62,891 nucleotides of DNA from assembly GCA_964636235.1 (NCBI GenBank), contig CAZWQV010000003.1, forward strand, positions 1-62,891. Direction: 5' to 3'. Made by a program: the position numbers and the translations under genes. The notes beneath the pieces are model-generated. The model made no database searches and was not told the DNA's origin. It saw only the letters and a program-made list of their open reading frames with translations. The stretch is from an uncultured Thermoplasmatales archaeon. Its GTDB lineage: Archaea; Thermoplasmatota; E2; DHVEG-1. Shown piece by piece: positions 47,320-58,696 of the stretch (positions within the stretch are counted from its first letter, which is position 1; every line of letters starts with the position of its first letter).

Positions 47320-48666
47320 ATGACATTTCAAATCGCAAAACTCAATATAAAAGACCCACTCAAATGCCTTGGAGCACTAAGAAAGCATTATCCAAATTGC
47401 TTCTTACTAGAAAGTGCAACAAGAGGAGATCTTCGCTTAAGTAGATATTCATTTATTGGATTTGATCCTGAATCAATCATTGAAATAACTGGAAATGAAG
47501 CAAGAATCAATAACAAAAGAAGAAAAATCGAAGATCCATTTCATTTATTAAAAGACTATGCTTCAAAATACTCATGTAATTCATTTTTTCCTTATTCTGG
47601 GGGGCTTGTGGGTTATGTATCATATGATGCAATAAGATACTTGGAACAGATACCAAATAATTGTAAAAACGATCTTTATCTGCCAGATATGCTTTTTGGA
47701 TTATATACTGACGGAATCGTTTTTGATAGGTTTGCAAATACTACATACTATTTCACTCTTAAGGATTTTAGATTACATGAAATAGAAAAAGTTATTCAAC
47801 ATCAAAACGAGATATCAAATGGAAGAAAAATTATCAGTATAAAAACCAATATTTCTAAAAAACAATATGAAGGAAATGTAATAAAAGCAAAAGAATACTT
47901 AAAAAAAGGAGATATCTTTCAAGTTGTTCTTTCGCAACGGTATGATATTGAATCCAAAACAGATCCTTTTATTTTTTATCAAAACCTACGGGAATTAAAT
48001 CCATCACCATACATGTTTTTTCTTGATTTTCCAACAAAAATTATTGGTGCAAGCCCTGAATCATCCGTTCGAATTATTGATAAAAAGATTGAAGTAAATC
48101 CAATTGCAGGAACTAGGCCAATTGGGAAAACTCTTAAGGAAAACGCCAGACTCGAACAAGAACTTAGGAGCGATTTAAAAGAACGAGCAGAACATATGAT
48201 GCTTGTAGATCTAGCTCGAAATGATATTGGTAGAGTTGCTAAATTTGGCACTGTTAATGTCACTGATTTTATGAAAGTAGAACGATATAGCCATGTACAA
48301 CATTTAGTCTCAAGAGTTACTGGAAAATTAAGAGATGATAAAACACATATTGATGGATTCAAATCAACTTTTCCAGCAGGAACGGTATCAGGTGCTCCAA
48401 AAATAAGAGCAATGAAAATTATTGATGAATTAGAAACAACAAAAAGAGGCCCGTATGGAGGATGTGTAGGTTATTTTTCTGCAAATAAAGGCATGGATTT
48501 TGCTATCGCAATTCGAACGGCAATAAAAAAGAAAAAATATCATGTTCAAGCAGGGGCAGGAATCGTTATTGATTCAATACCAGAATATGAATATTTCGAA
48601 TGTAAACATAAAGCACAAGCACTTTTGAAGGCTTTAGGTGGAAAAGATGAAAATTTTAATAATTGA
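47320..48666 (+). CDS. trpE: Anthranilate synthase component I
   Basis: FLLESA, GDIFQVVLSQR, NPSPYM, PIAGTR, EHMMLVDLARND, FPAGTVSGAPK. Confidence 0.96.
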   Translation: MTFQIAKLNIKDPLKCLGALRKHYPNCFLLESATRGDLRLSRYSFIGFDPESIIEITGNEARINNKRRKIEDPFHLLKDYASKYSCNSFFPYSGGLVGYVSYDAIRYLEQIPNNCKNDLYLPDMLFGLYTDGIVFDRFANTTYYFTLKDFRLHEIEKVIQHQNEISNGRKIISIKTNISKKQYEGNVIKAKEYLKKGDIFQVVLSQRYDIESKTDPFIFYQNLRELNPSPYMFFLDFPTKIIGASPESSVRIIDKKIEVNPIAGTRPIGKTLKENARLEQELRSDLKERAEHMMLVDLARNDIGRVAKFGTVNVTDFMKVERYSHVQHLVSRVTGKLRDDKTHIDGFKSTFPAGTVSGAPKIRAMKIIDELETTKRGPYGGCVGYFSANKGMDFAIAIRTAIKKKKYHVQAGAGIVIDSIPEYEYFECKHKAQALLKALGGKDENFNN

Positions 48667-49261
48667 TAATTACGACTCATTTGTGTATAATTTGGTTCAA
48701 TACATTGGAGAACAAAATGCAACACCTATTGTGAAACGAAATGATGTGATTAATGAGATTGATATAAAAAGAATACAACCTGATGGAATCATTATTTCCC
48801 CCGGGCCTGGCACACCAATAAAAAAACAAGATTGTGGCCATAATCTAGCAATAATAAGAAAATATTATACTAAAATCCCTTTTCTTGGGGTTTGTTTTGG
48901 TCACCAAGCAATAATTCATGCATTTAATGGTAAGATAATTCCTGCAAAAAATATCATGCATGGTAAAACAAGTGAAATTTATCATACTGGTAAATATTTT
49001 TTTAATAACATCCTCAACCCATTAACCGTAATGAGATATCATTCATTGGTTGTAGATCCATCCACATTTCCCTATAATACTTTTGATATCACTGCAAAAT
49101 CAATTGAAGATAACGAAATTTTCGCATTTCAACATAAACAACTGCCTATTTTTGGTGTTCAATTTCATCCTGAATCAATTGGAACATATGAAGGAATGAA
49201 ATTAATTAGAAATTTTTTGGAGATATGTCATGCTGCAAGAAGCAATAAAAATAGTTGTTAA
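48647..49261 (+). CDS. trpG: Anthranilate synthase component II (glutamine amidotransferase)
   Basis: IDNYDSF, SPGPG, GVCFGHQ, RYHSL, QFHPES. Confidence 0.96.
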   Translation: MKILIIDNYDSFVYNLVQYIGEQNATPIVKRNDVINEIDIKRIQPDGIIISPGPGTPIKKQDCGHNLAIIRKYYTKIPFLGVCFGHQAIIHAFNGKIIPAKNIMHGKTSEIYHTGKYFFNNILNPLTVMRYHSLVVDPSTFPYNTFDITAKSIEDNEIFAFQHKQLPIFGVQFHPESIGTYEGMKLIRNFLEICHAARSNKNSC

Positions 49262-50249
49262 TAATAAAGATTTATCCAAACCTATTGCTGTTGCAACTGC
49301 ACGTGAGATTATGAGTGGTAAAGCAACGGAATCAGAGATCGCTGCATTTCTTATTGCTATGAGAATGAAAGGGGAAACAGCTGATGAAATCGCATCATTT
49401 GTTCAAGTGATGAGAGAATATTGTTATCAAATCACACCAAATGTGAAAGGTATTATTGTTGATGCATGTGGCTCCGGTGGAGATAATCTTAGTACATTTA
49501 ATATTAGTACGATTTCCTCATTTATTGTAGCAGCAGCAGATATTCCAGTAGCAAAACATGGGAATAGATCAATCTCATCAAAATGTGGAAGTGCAGACAT
49601 TCTCGAAGCTATGGGAGTAAACATGCAGTTAAGCCCGACTCAGGTTTCCTCTATAATTGAAACAGTTGGAATTGGTTTTTTGTTTGCACCTCATTTTCAT
49701 CCTGCAATGAGATATGTACAACCAGTTAGAAAAGCACTTGGAATTAGAACGATGTTTAATATGCTTGGTCCATTGACCAATCCAGCGTTCGCCCAGGCAC
49801 AGTTAATAGGAATCTATGATCTAAATCTTTCAGAAAAAATTGCCAGAGCAATGCAATCAATTGGATTAAAACGTGTGATGGTAGTTCATGGGGGAGGAAT
49901 GGATGAAATTACAACTCTTGGAAAAACACAAGTAGTTGAGGTTAATAATGAATCAATACGAAAATATACGATTCATCCAGCAGAATTTGGTATTTCTATT
50001 CCATCATTAAAAGACCTTCAAGTATTTGATTTGAAAACATCAGTTCGATATTTTAATGAAGTATTAAAAGGCAAGCAAAACCCTCGACTGGATATTGTTT
50101 TACTAAATTCAGCCGCTGTTTTATATATATCTGGAAAAGTCACCTCTATTAAAGCAGGCTATTATCTTGCAAGTGATATTGTTCAATCAGGAAAAGCGAT
50201 GAATAAATTCGAACAATTTATGGAGGAAACCAAACGATATGAAACTTAA
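49230..50249 (+). CDS. trpD: Anthranilate phosphoribosyltransferase
   Basis: DACGSGGD, FNIST, KHGNRSISSKCGSAD, RTMFNMLGPLTNP, GMDEI. Confidence 0.96.
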   Translation: MLQEAIKIVVNNKDLSKPIAVATAREIMSGKATESEIAAFLIAMRMKGETADEIASFVQVMREYCYQITPNVKGIIVDACGSGGDNLSTFNISTISSFIVAAADIPVAKHGNRSISSKCGSADILEAMGVNMQLSPTQVSSIIETVGIGFLFAPHFHPAMRYVQPVRKALGIRTMFNMLGPLTNPAFAQAQLIGIYDLNLSEKIARAMQSIGLKRVMVVHGGGMDEITTLGKTQVVEVNNESIRKYTIHPAEFGISIPSLKDLQVFDLKTSVRYFNEVLKGKQNPRLDIVLLNSAAVLYISGKVTSIKAGYYLASDIVQSGKAMNKFEQFMEETKRYET

Positions 50250-51576
50250 AATTTGCGGTATCACAAATAAAGAAGATTTACTCGCCTGTTTACCATATGT
50301 AGATGCAGTTGGATTTATTGTTGAGTGTCCACAATCAAAAAGAAATATTTCAATAAAAAAAGCCAAAGCACTTATTGACCTTATACCACCATTTGTAACC
50401 TCTGTTGTTGTAATTACTGATATTAATAAGGCTAAATATATTTATGAAACATTACATCCTGATATAGTCCAGTTTCATGGAAATGAAACAGCGGAAGCTG
50501 TAAAAAATGTTCGAAAAAAGATACCTTGCAAAATTATTAAAGCTTGTGGAGTCAGTGAAGCAAGTAAATTTAGCCCATATGTAGATGCGCTTTTAATTGA
50601 TGATAAATATGGAATATATAATTATAGTAAAATAAACAAATTAATTATTGTTTCTCAAAAACCAATAATTGTAGCGGGCCATATTTCCCCTAATAATATT
50701 TTTGATATTGTCCGTAAAATTAGACCCTATGGGATTGATATTGCTTCAGGTGTAGAGAAAAAACCGGGTAAAAAAGATATTAAAAAAATAATTCAAATAA
50801 AAAATGCTCTGTCTTTAGGCCCTGTTGTTAGTTCAATTGTCTATAAGAAAAAAAAACATCCATCATTTTCATTATATAAAGCGATTTCATCTACCGATTC
50901 AATAAGTGTTATTGCAGAAATCAAACCTTCTTCTCCTTCAGAAGGCATTTTAGTGAATAATATTGATAATCAAAAAATAGAAAAATTTATTTCAATAATG
51001 AACAAAAATGGAGTAAAAGCGATATCTGTTTTAGTTGAGGAAGAATATTTTAATGGTAGTATTGAATTGTTAAAGGTGATAAGAAAAAGAACCTCTCTAC
51101 CTATCATTGCAAAAGGTTTTTTTTATACTCCAGGACAGATTTGTGAACTTACTCAAGCAGGGGCGAATGCATTTTTATTAATGAGTCGAGTTGTTACATC
51201 TCAAGGCGGAACGTTGCATGATTTAATATCAGTTGGAGTAAAAAATAAAATGGATGCGATGGTGGAAGTGACAACGGAAGAAGAATTAGATCAAGCTATT
51301 CGAGCAGGAGCAAATATTATTGAAATAAATAATAGAAATATTTATGGAGATCTGTGCATAAATTTTTTTCATATTTCATTAGCAAAAAAATTGCCAAATC
51401 ATATTTTACTGATAAGTGCATCGGGTATTAAAAAACCTGATCAAATAGATCAAATACTACATTATTCATCATCAAGAATACATGCGATAATAATTGGAAC
51501 AGGGCTCATGAAATCAAAAAATTCTGCTCAATTTTTAAGGGATGTTGTAAAGAAAGGAAAGGAGGTCTATCAATGA
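50239..51576 (+). CDS. trpFC: Fused phosphoribosylanthranilate isomerase (N-term) / indole-3-glycerol-phosphate synthase (C-term)
   Basis: N: [22 protein letters not shown]; C: [33 protein letters not shown]. Confidence 0.9.
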   Translation: MKLKICGITNKEDLLACLPYVDAVGFIVECPQSKRNISIKKAKALIDLIPPFVTSVVVITDINKAKYIYETLHPDIVQFHGNETAEAVKNVRKKIPCKIIKACGVSEASKFSPYVDALLIDDKYGIYNYSKINKLIIVSQKPIIVAGHISPNNIFDIVRKIRPYGIDIASGVEKKPGKKDIKKIIQIKNALSLGPVVSSIVYKKKKHPSFSLYKAISSTDSISVIAEIKPSSPSEGILVNNIDNQKIEKFISIMNKNGVKAISVLVEEEYFNGSIELLKVIRKRTSLPIIAKGFFYTPGQICELTQAGANAFLLMSRVVTSQGGTLHDLISVGVKNKMDAMVEVTTEEELDQAIRAGANIIEINNRNIYGDLCINFFHISLAKKLPNHILLISASGIKKPDQIDQILHYSSSRIHAIIIGTGLMKSKNSAQFLRDVVKKGKEVYQ

Positions 51577-52754
51577 GCAATGATAAATCATATTATGGTA
51601 ATTTTGGCGGTCAATTCGTACCTGAAACACTTATGTCTATTTTGCAAGACCTTGAAGATTCTTATCAAAAAATCATGAATGATAAAAAGTTTTCAAACGA
51701 ACTTGATTATTTACTTTCTGCCTATGCAGGAAGACCAACGCCATTATATTATGCGAAGCAATTGAGTAATCATGTTGGAGGGGCAAAAATATACCTGAAA
51801 CGAGAAGACCTTGCTCATTTGGGCGCTCATAAAATAAATAATACCCTCGGTCAGGTTCTTCTTGCAAAATATATGGGGAAAAAGAGAATCATTGCAGAAA
51901 CCGGTGCAGGTCAACATGGTGTTGCTACTGCTGCAGCTGCTGCTGCAATTGGATTGAATTGTTATATTTACATGGGTGATGTTGATATTAAACGCCAATC
52001 ATTAAACGTTTATAAAATTAAATTAATCGGTGGCAAAGTAATTCCAGTAAAATCAGGGTCAAAAACATTGAAAGATGCAATAAATGAAGCATTTAGAGAT
52101 TATATTAAAAATTGTCGTAACACCCATTATGTGATAGGCTCTGTTGTTGGACCTTATCCTTATCCATTAATAATTCGAAATTTTCAGAAAATAATTGGTG
52201 AAGAAACCCGTATCCAACACATGGCTTATGAGAATAAACTTCCCGACTGTTTGATTGCATGTGTGGGTGGTGGTAGCAATGCGATAGGATTATTTCACCC
52301 ATTTCTAAAAGATAATGTCGAGATGATTGGGGTTGAAGCTGGTGGTTGCGGCTTAGATACAGGGAAACATGCTGCATCTATTGCAATGGGCAAAATTGGT
52401 ATTTTTCATGGACAAAAAAGTTTTTTTTTACAGGATGCCCACGGCCAAATCAAACAGACTCATTCCATTTCAGCAGGTTTAGACTATCCAGGAGTGGGTC
52501 CTGAACATGCATATTATCATGAAACAAAAAAAGCAAGATATGAATCAATAACAGATACTGAAGCTATTAACGCATTTCATCTTTTATCTAAACTAGAAGG
52601 AATTATACCTGCGATGGAAAGTTCACATGCAATTGCATATGCATGTAAAAAGGCAGCTGTTATGAGTAAGAATCAGAGTGTTGTGGTGTGTCTATCCGGT
52701 AGAGGAGATAAAGACATTCCCACGGTTCGATCATATAAAGGAGGATGTCAATGA
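51573..52754 (+). CDS. trpB: Tryptophan synthase beta chain (TrpB1 type)
   Basis: [47 protein letters not shown]. Confidence 0.97.
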   Translation: MSNDKSYYGNFGGQFVPETLMSILQDLEDSYQKIMNDKKFSNELDYLLSAYAGRPTPLYYAKQLSNHVGGAKIYLKREDLAHLGAHKINNTLGQVLLAKYMGKKRIIAETGAGQHGVATAAAAAAIGLNCYIYMGDVDIKRQSLNVYKIKLIGGKVIPVKSGSKTLKDAINEAFRDYIKNCRNTHYVIGSVVGPYPYPLIIRNFQKIIGEETRIQHMAYENKLPDCLIACVGGGSNAIGLFHPFLKDNVEMIGVEAGGCGLDTGKHAASIAMGKIGIFHGQKSFFLQDAHGQIKQTHSISAGLDYPGVGPEHAYYHETKKARYESITDTEAINAFHLLSKLEGIIPAMESSHAIAYACKKAAVMSKNQSVVVCLSGRGDKDIPTVRSYKGGCQ

Positions 52755-53572
52755 AATTGGAAGAATTATTTTCAAAAAGAAAATCAGTGTATATGGTACA
52801 TATGTATTATGGCGATCCTTCAGAAGAATTTAGTTTAAAGGCTATGACATTATTATCTCAACATGGAGTAGATATTATTGAATTTGGTATTCCTTTCTCG
52901 GATCCAAATGCAGATGGTCTTGTGTTTCAACAAGCATGTCAGCGAGCATTACAAAATGGTATGACCCCTCAAAAAGCAATACTTGGAATTGCTAAACTAC
53001 GCAAGTTACATTTGACACAGCCAATAGTAGTAACCAGTTATTATAATCCTATTTTTCAGATAGGGGTCGATACATTTGTTAAAAAAATAAAGGATGCTGG
53101 TGCTGATGCATTAATTGTCCCTAATGTTCCATTTGAAGAATCTGATGAACTGTTACAAGCTGGAAAAAAACATCAAATAAAAATTATTTTTCTTATAGCA
53201 CCAACTACATCAGAACAACGATTAATTGAGATTATTAAACGAGCTGAAGGTTTTCTATATATTATAACAGTAACCGGTGTAACGGGAGTAAGGGAATCAG
53301 TATATAATTCAACTAATGATTTGATTCAACGTGTTAAGAAGCATACAAATTTACCTATATTAGGTGGGTTTGGTATATCAAATAGACAGCAAGCAAAAGC
53401 AGTTATTGCTGCAGGTGCTAATGGAGTTATAACTGGTAGTATTATTGGAAAAATCTATGAAAAATATATTGACAATCCAGAAAAATCATTTCCCGAACTT
53501 ATTAATAAGGTCGAAGAAATAAAATTAGGATGTAACCAAGGGGAAAAATTACAGAGAATGGAGGAAAAATAA
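52751..53572 (+). CDS. trpA: Tryptophan synthase alpha chain
   Basis: [28 protein letters not shown]. Confidence 0.96.
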   Translation: MKLEELFSKRKSVYMVHMYYGDPSEEFSLKAMTLLSQHGVDIIEFGIPFSDPNADGLVFQQACQRALQNGMTPQKAILGIAKLRKLHLTQPIVVTSYYNPIFQIGVDTFVKKIKDAGADALIVPNVPFEESDELLQAGKKHQIKIIFLIAPTTSEQRLIEIIKRAEGFLYIITVTGVTGVRESVYNSTNDLIQRVKKHTNLPILGGFGISNRQQAKAVIAAGANGVITGSIIGKIYEKYIDNPEKSFPELINKVEEIKLGCNQGEKLQRMEEK

Positions 53573-54450
53573 TGGATAATAATGAATTACATTGTAATAC
53601 AATGAGCGATATTGAACGTTTGATACAACAATCGCAAGCATATAAACTTGTAAGTAGACAGTTCCATCCTCAGGATACAAAGATACAAGTTGGTAATGTT
53701 ATCATTGGTGGAAAAAAAATTGTGATGATGGCGGGACCTTGTTCAGTTGAAAATAAGATTCAGGTTATGGAAACAGCCAAAGCAGTTAAAAAATCTGGTG
53801 CTCACATATTAAGAGGGGGGGCATATAAACCAAGGACTTCTGTTTATAGTTTCCAAGGGCTCGGTGAAGATGGTTTAAAAATGCTCTTAGAAGCAAAAAA
53901 ACAAACCGACCTCCCTATAGTAACAGAAATAATGTCTCCTGATAAAGTATCACTTGTTGCTCAATATGCTGATATTTTACAAATTGGATGTAGAAATATG
54001 CAAAATTATGATTTGTTAATGGAAGTAGGTAAGATTAAAAAACCTGTAGTGTTAAAAAGAGGATTTAATTCGACTATCAAAGAATTTTTACTATCTGCTG
54101 AATATATTATGTCACAAGGAAATGATAAAATTATTCTTTGTGAACGAGGGATAAGAACTTTTGAAACAATGACTAGAAATACCTTAGATATCAGTGCTGT
54201 TCCAATACTTAAAAAGTTAAGCCATCTTCCAATCATGGTTGATCCAAGTCATGCAACAGGTAAAAGAGATCTTATTCTTCCCATCTCACGGGCAGCGATT
54301 GCAGTTGGAGCAGATGCAATTATGATTGAAGTTCATCATCATCCTGAACAAGCGTTATGCGATGGTGATCAGTCCCTTACCCCGAATGAATTTGATGAAG
54401 TAATGAAAGGTATTAAACCTATAATTCAATGTATGGGTAGAGAAATGTAA
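53572..54450 (+). CDS. aroF: DAHP synthase class I-beta (lacking N-terminal ACT domain)
   Basis: AGPCSVE, GGAYKPRTS, QIGCRNMQN, LCERGIRTFE, DPSHATG. Confidence 0.95.
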   Translation: MDNNELHCNTMSDIERLIQQSQAYKLVSRQFHPQDTKIQVGNVIIGGKKIVMMAGPCSVENKIQVMETAKAVKKSGAHILRGGAYKPRTSVYSFQGLGEDGLKMLLEAKKQTDLPIVTEIMSPDKVSLVAQYADILQIGCRNMQNYDLLMEVGKIKKPVVLKRGFNSTIKEFLLSAEYIMSQGNDKIILCERGIRTFETMTRNTLDISAVPILKKLSHLPIMVDPSHATGKRDLILPISRAAIAVGADAIMIEVHHHPEQALCDGDQSLTPNEFDEVMKGIKPIIQCMGREM

Positions 54451-54451
54451 T

Positions 54452-55540
54452 ATGGTTGTCATTACAGTAAACCTGCCACATACATCCTATGATATTTATA
54501 TTGGTTCAGGTTTATTAAAAGATGTTGGAAGCATTCTTTTTCAAAAGATAAAACCTAGCACTTGTATTATTATATCAAATTACACAGTTGCAAATATCTA
54601 TTTGGATGCTGTGAAAAAAAGTTTATTAAATCAAGATGTAGAGGTTAAAAGCATTTTAGTTGAAGATGCCGAAACAGCAAAATCATTAGATGTTGCTAAT
54701 AAGATATTCCAGCAATTAGTATCACTTTCAGTTGATAGGGATGCTTGTATTATTGCTTTAGGTGGAGGTGTTATTGGTGATCTTGCAGGTTTTGTCGCAT
54801 CAACATATATGAGGGGAATTACCTATGTGCAAATTCCAACTACACTTCTTGCACAAGTAGATAGTGCTATTGGTGGAAAAGTTGCAGTGGATTTAGAAAA
54901 AGGGAAAAATTTGATAGGATCTTTCTATCAACCGGTTCTTGTTATATCAGATGTTCAGGTATTACAGACGCTTCCAGAAAGACAGTTAAAATCAGGGATT
55001 GCAGAAGTAATAAAATATGGTTTAATATTTGATAAAAAGCTCTTTGATTATATAAAAACAAATATAAATAAAATTTTAAGAAAAGATTCAAATATCTTAG
55101 AACATGTTGTAATAGAATGTAGTAAAATAAAAGCATCTATCATAGAATCTGATGAAAAAGAACAAGGAATTCGATCCATATTGAATTTTGGTCATACATT
55201 AGGTCATGCACTGGAAACAATTACAAATTATTCACAATATTCTCATGGGGAAGCTATAGCAATAGGAATGATTTTTTCTTCATTATTATCACTCCGATTT
55301 CATAATATTGATATAGATGAATATAATGAAATTGAACAACTCATAAAACAAGCACAATTGCCTCATACCATTTCACATAATTATGATGAACAAAAACTTT
55401 TGACCTTAATGAAACATGATAAAAAAGTGAAAAATAATCAAATCAGATTAATTCTTCTTTCATCAATTGGTCAGGTGTATCTATATGACCAGGTAACTGA
55501 TGAATTAATATTAGAGGAAATAAGGAAGATGATGAAATGA
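54452..55540 (+). CDS. aroB: 3-dehydroquinate synthase (bacterial type)
   Basis: GGGVIGDLAGF, PTTLLAQVDSAIGGK, LNFGHTLGHA, HGEAIA. Confidence 0.96.
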   Translation: MVVITVNLPHTSYDIYIGSGLLKDVGSILFQKIKPSTCIIISNYTVANIYLDAVKKSLLNQDVEVKSILVEDAETAKSLDVANKIFQQLVSLSVDRDACIIALGGGVIGDLAGFVASTYMRGITYVQIPTTLLAQVDSAIGGKVAVDLEKGKNLIGSFYQPVLVISDVQVLQTLPERQLKSGIAEVIKYGLIFDKKLFDYIKTNINKILRKDSNILEHVVIECSKIKASIIESDEKEQGIRSILNFGHTLGHALETITNYSQYSHGEAIAIGMIFSSLLSLRFHNIDIDEYNEIEQLIKQAQLPHTISHNYDEQKLLTLMKHDKKVKNNQIRLILLSSIGQVYLYDQVTDELILEEIRKMMK

Positions 55541-56631
55541 ATATTGTTCTAACTGGTCCTATGGGTTCAGGGAAAACAAGTATCGGAAAACTTCTAGCAA
55601 AAAAAATATCCTATCAATTTATTGATACTGATGATTTAATTGAATCAGAATCAAAGATGAGTATATCAGAATATTTCACTCACTTTGGAGAATCTTCTTT
55701 TCGGAGTAAAGAAGAAGAAATAATCTCAATGATGGCTATGAAAGATAACTGTGTTATTGCCACTGGTGGTGGAGTGGTACTTAACCCATTAAATATGAGA
55801 AGATTACGATTGAATGGGGTAATTATCAACCTTGAAGCATCTATTAAAACACTAAAAGAGAGAGTATCAAAGACACCAAAAAGACCTTTATTAAATAATG
55901 AAAAAATTGAAGAGACACTTGTTGAATATGCAAAAAAAAGATCCATTTACTATAAAAATAACGATATTAGTATTACTGTTGATAATAGATCAATAGAGGA
56001 AATTGTTGAACAAATACGAAATTATTTGGGCATTCCTTTTATACGCATATGTGCAAGTATTGCAGGTGATAATCCTAAGGAACAAATACAAAAAGCCAAC
56101 TGCTCTGGGGCATCCTTTATCGAGTTACGATTAGATTTGATTCCTGATACTGATATTGGTCAATTGCTATCTCTTTGTGCTCTTCCAACAATTGTTACTG
56201 ATAGAAAAAATTATCATAATATTATGATTGCAATACAACAACAATGCGATTATGTTGATGTTGACGTTTCAAATCCAAAAAAGGAACTGATCATTTCAGA
56301 ATCAAAGAAATATCATTGTAAGGTTATTGGTTCCATGCATGATTTTGAAAAAACTCCAAAGAACTTCCCGATTTTTAACTCAGATTATGACGTTATTAAG
56401 ATTTCTACAATGGTTCAATCAAGAACGGATGCATACCGCTTACTTGATTTAATAAATGAATCAACATATCTTATTGTTATTGGGATGGGAAATCATGCTC
56501 GATATGTTCGTCTAGTAGCTCCAATATTGGGATCATTTTTAACCTATGCATCAATTAATATTCCTACTGGTCCAGGTCAGATGAATATATATGATATGAT
56601 GAATTGTTATAAAATGATGGGTTTGAAATGA
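55537..56631 (+). CDS. aroK-aroD: Fused shikimate kinase (AroK, NMP-kinase type) / type I 3-dehydroquinate dehydratase (AroD)
   Basis: N: GPMGSGKT, DTDD, GESSFR, ATGGG, RPLL; C: IELRLD, GSMHDF, IKI, IGMG, GPGQ. Confidence 0.88.
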   Translation: MNIVLTGPMGSGKTSIGKLLAKKISYQFIDTDDLIESESKMSISEYFTHFGESSFRSKEEEIISMMAMKDNCVIATGGGVVLNPLNMRRLRLNGVIINLEASIKTLKERVSKTPKRPLLNNEKIEETLVEYAKKRSIYYKNNDISITVDNRSIEEIVEQIRNYLGIPFIRICASIAGDNPKEQIQKANCSGASFIELRLDLIPDTDIGQLLSLCALPTIVTDRKNYHNIMIAIQQQCDYVDVDVSNPKKELIISESKKYHCKVIGSMHDFEKTPKNFPIFNSDYDVIKISTMVQSRTDAYRLLDLINESTYLIVIGMGNHARYVRLVAPILGSFLTYASINIPTGPGQMNIYDMMNCYKMMGLK

Positions 56632-57467
56632 ATCAATATTATATCATCGGAAATCCAGTGAACCATTCATTAAGTCCAGTGATATATCAAGCAGCTTTTG
56701 AAAAACTAGGTATTGATGCAGAATATAAATATGATATACTTTCTTTAAAAAAAGAAGAACTTGGATCATTTATCGATAGAATGAAGGAGGGAGGTATTCA
56801 AGGAGCAAGCATTACCATACCGTTTAAAGAGGTAATTTTATCATATGTAGATCAGTGTTCAAAACAAGTACAATTAATAAAAGCAACAAATACCTTAGTT
56901 TTGAAAAATGGAACTATTATTGCCTATAATACCGATGGGATAGGTTGCGTCAGATCGTTTAAAAAAGCAAATGTAAACCTTGAGCATAAAACAGTATTAT
57001 TGATTGGTTCAGGGGGAGCCGCAAAAGCAATCGCAGTAGCCTTATTATCTGAAGGTATAAAACAGCTAATTATCATTAATAGAACATTGATCCATGCTTC
57101 ATTATTTGCCAACTATCTTACCAATTCATTTCAAACAAATATTACAACAGATTTGATGATTAATGCAAAAAGATATGTTCCACATGCGGATATTCTGATA
57201 AATGCGACGCCTATTGGTATGAAAGGAATAACAGAAAAAAAGATACCTATACATCCTTCTCTTCTGCATGATGGATTAATTGTTTTTGATAGTGTTTATA
57301 TTCCTAAAAAAACAGAGCTAATAAAAGAAGCTGAAAAACGCAATTTAAAGACCATAGAAGGATTTCATATGCTTCTTTACCAAGGAATGGAACAATTTAA
57401 ATTATTCACAGGTAAAAAAGCACCTGAACATATTTGTGAAAAAGCTTTATTGAGGCAATTAGAATGA
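56628..57467 (+). CDS. aroE: Shikimate dehydrogenase
   Basis: HSLSP, SITIPFK, NTDGIG, GSGGAA, NATPIGM, MLLYQG. Confidence 0.96.
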   Translation: MNQYYIIGNPVNHSLSPVIYQAAFEKLGIDAEYKYDILSLKKEELGSFIDRMKEGGIQGASITIPFKEVILSYVDQCSKQVQLIKATNTLVLKNGTIIAYNTDGIGCVRSFKKANVNLEHKTVLLIGSGGAAKAIAVALLSEGIKQLIIINRTLIHASLFANYLTNSFQTNITTDLMINAKRYVPHADILINATPIGMKGITEKKIPIHPSLLHDGLIVFDSVYIPKKTELIKEAEKRNLKTIEGFHMLLYQGMEQFKLFTGKKAPEHICEKALLRQLE

Positions 57468-58696
57468 ACCTTATCGTTAAACAATCCGATAAACTCAACG
57501 GTTCCATAACCGTTCCTCCATCAAAAAGTCATACCCATCGAGCTATTATTCTCTCCAGTATTGCCAATGGTACTTCAGTTATTACCAATCCACTTATGGC
57601 TAAAGATTGCGTAGCAACGATTGATGCTTGTAAATCCATAGGCGCTAGTATACATAATGAAGTATCAGATCTAGTAATCGAGGGTACCAATGGATTCGTT
57701 CGTCCTTCTCTAAAAACAATTGATGTTGGAAATTCTGGTACCACTCTTCGTTTCATGAGTGCAATTGTTGCTCTGGGTATAAAAACCGTGGTTTTAACAG
57801 GGGATACATCAATTCAACAAAGGCCAATTGAACCATTGATTACTTGTCTAAATGATCTTGGGGCCAAAGCAATGACAGTTCATAATAATGGTAAACCTCC
57901 TGTATCTATTACTGGAATGATTCAAGGGGGTGAAACAACAATAGATGGGATAAGTTCTCAATTTCTCTCAGGTTTACTCATTGCTTGTTGTTTATCTAAT
58001 AAAGATACAATAATTCATGTAAATAATTTAAAATCAAAACCATATGTTGATATGACTTTAAAATATCTAAAGAAATCAGGAATAAAAATTGAAAATCATG
58101 AGTATAAGAAATTCCATATATTTGGAGGACAGCAAATCCAACCTCAAACTTATGTTATACCAAGCGATTTTTCTTCAGCAGCATATCTTTTTGCCGCAGC
58201 TTATATCACCTCATCTCATATTCAAATCAAAGGATTAGATTTTAATGATATCCAGGGAGATAAAAAAATCATATCCATTATTGAATCGTTGAAGCATGAT
58301 GAAAGCCGTGAAATAGATTTAGCTGACACCCCGGACCTATTACCAATTGTCGCGGTACTTGCCTGTTATGGCAATGGTTTAACTACCATAGTTAATACTT
58401 CGCATGCCCGTTTGAAAGAATCTGACCGAATAGCAGCTATTGCATCTGAATTACTAAAAATGAATGCAGATATCAAAGAAACTAATGATGGTCTTGTCAT
58501 TAAATCATCACAGTTAATTGGAACAAAGGTTAATGGACACAAAGATCATAGAATCGTAATGGCATTAGGAATTGCAGGGTTACGAGCTAAAGGAGTGACT
58601 GAAATTACCGATGCTGAGACCATTCCAATCTCTTATCCCTCATTTATTGAATCGATGCAACAATTACAAGCAAATATGAAGTTGGTAGAAACATGA
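57464..58696 (+). CDS. aroA: EPSP synthase
   Basis: SKSHTHR, GNSGTTLRF, RPI, SSQFLSG, DFSSA, KESDRI, DHRIVM. Confidence 0.96.
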   Translation: MNLIVKQSDKLNGSITVPPSKSHTHRAIILSSIANGTSVITNPLMAKDCVATIDACKSIGASIHNEVSDLVIEGTNGFVRPSLKTIDVGNSGTTLRFMSAIVALGIKTVVLTGDTSIQQRPIEPLITCLNDLGAKAMTVHNNGKPPVSITGMIQGGETTIDGISSQFLSGLLIACCLSNKDTIIHVNNLKSKPYVDMTLKYLKKSGIKIENHEYKKFHIFGGQQIQPQTYVIPSDFSSAAYLFAAAYITSSHIQIKGLDFNDIQGDKKIISIIESLKHDESREIDLADTPDLLPIVAVLACYGNGLTTIVNTSHARLKESDRIAAIASELLKMNADIKETNDGLVIKSSQLIGTKVNGHKDHRIVMALGIAGLRAKGVTEITDAETIPISYPSFIESMQQLQANMKLVET

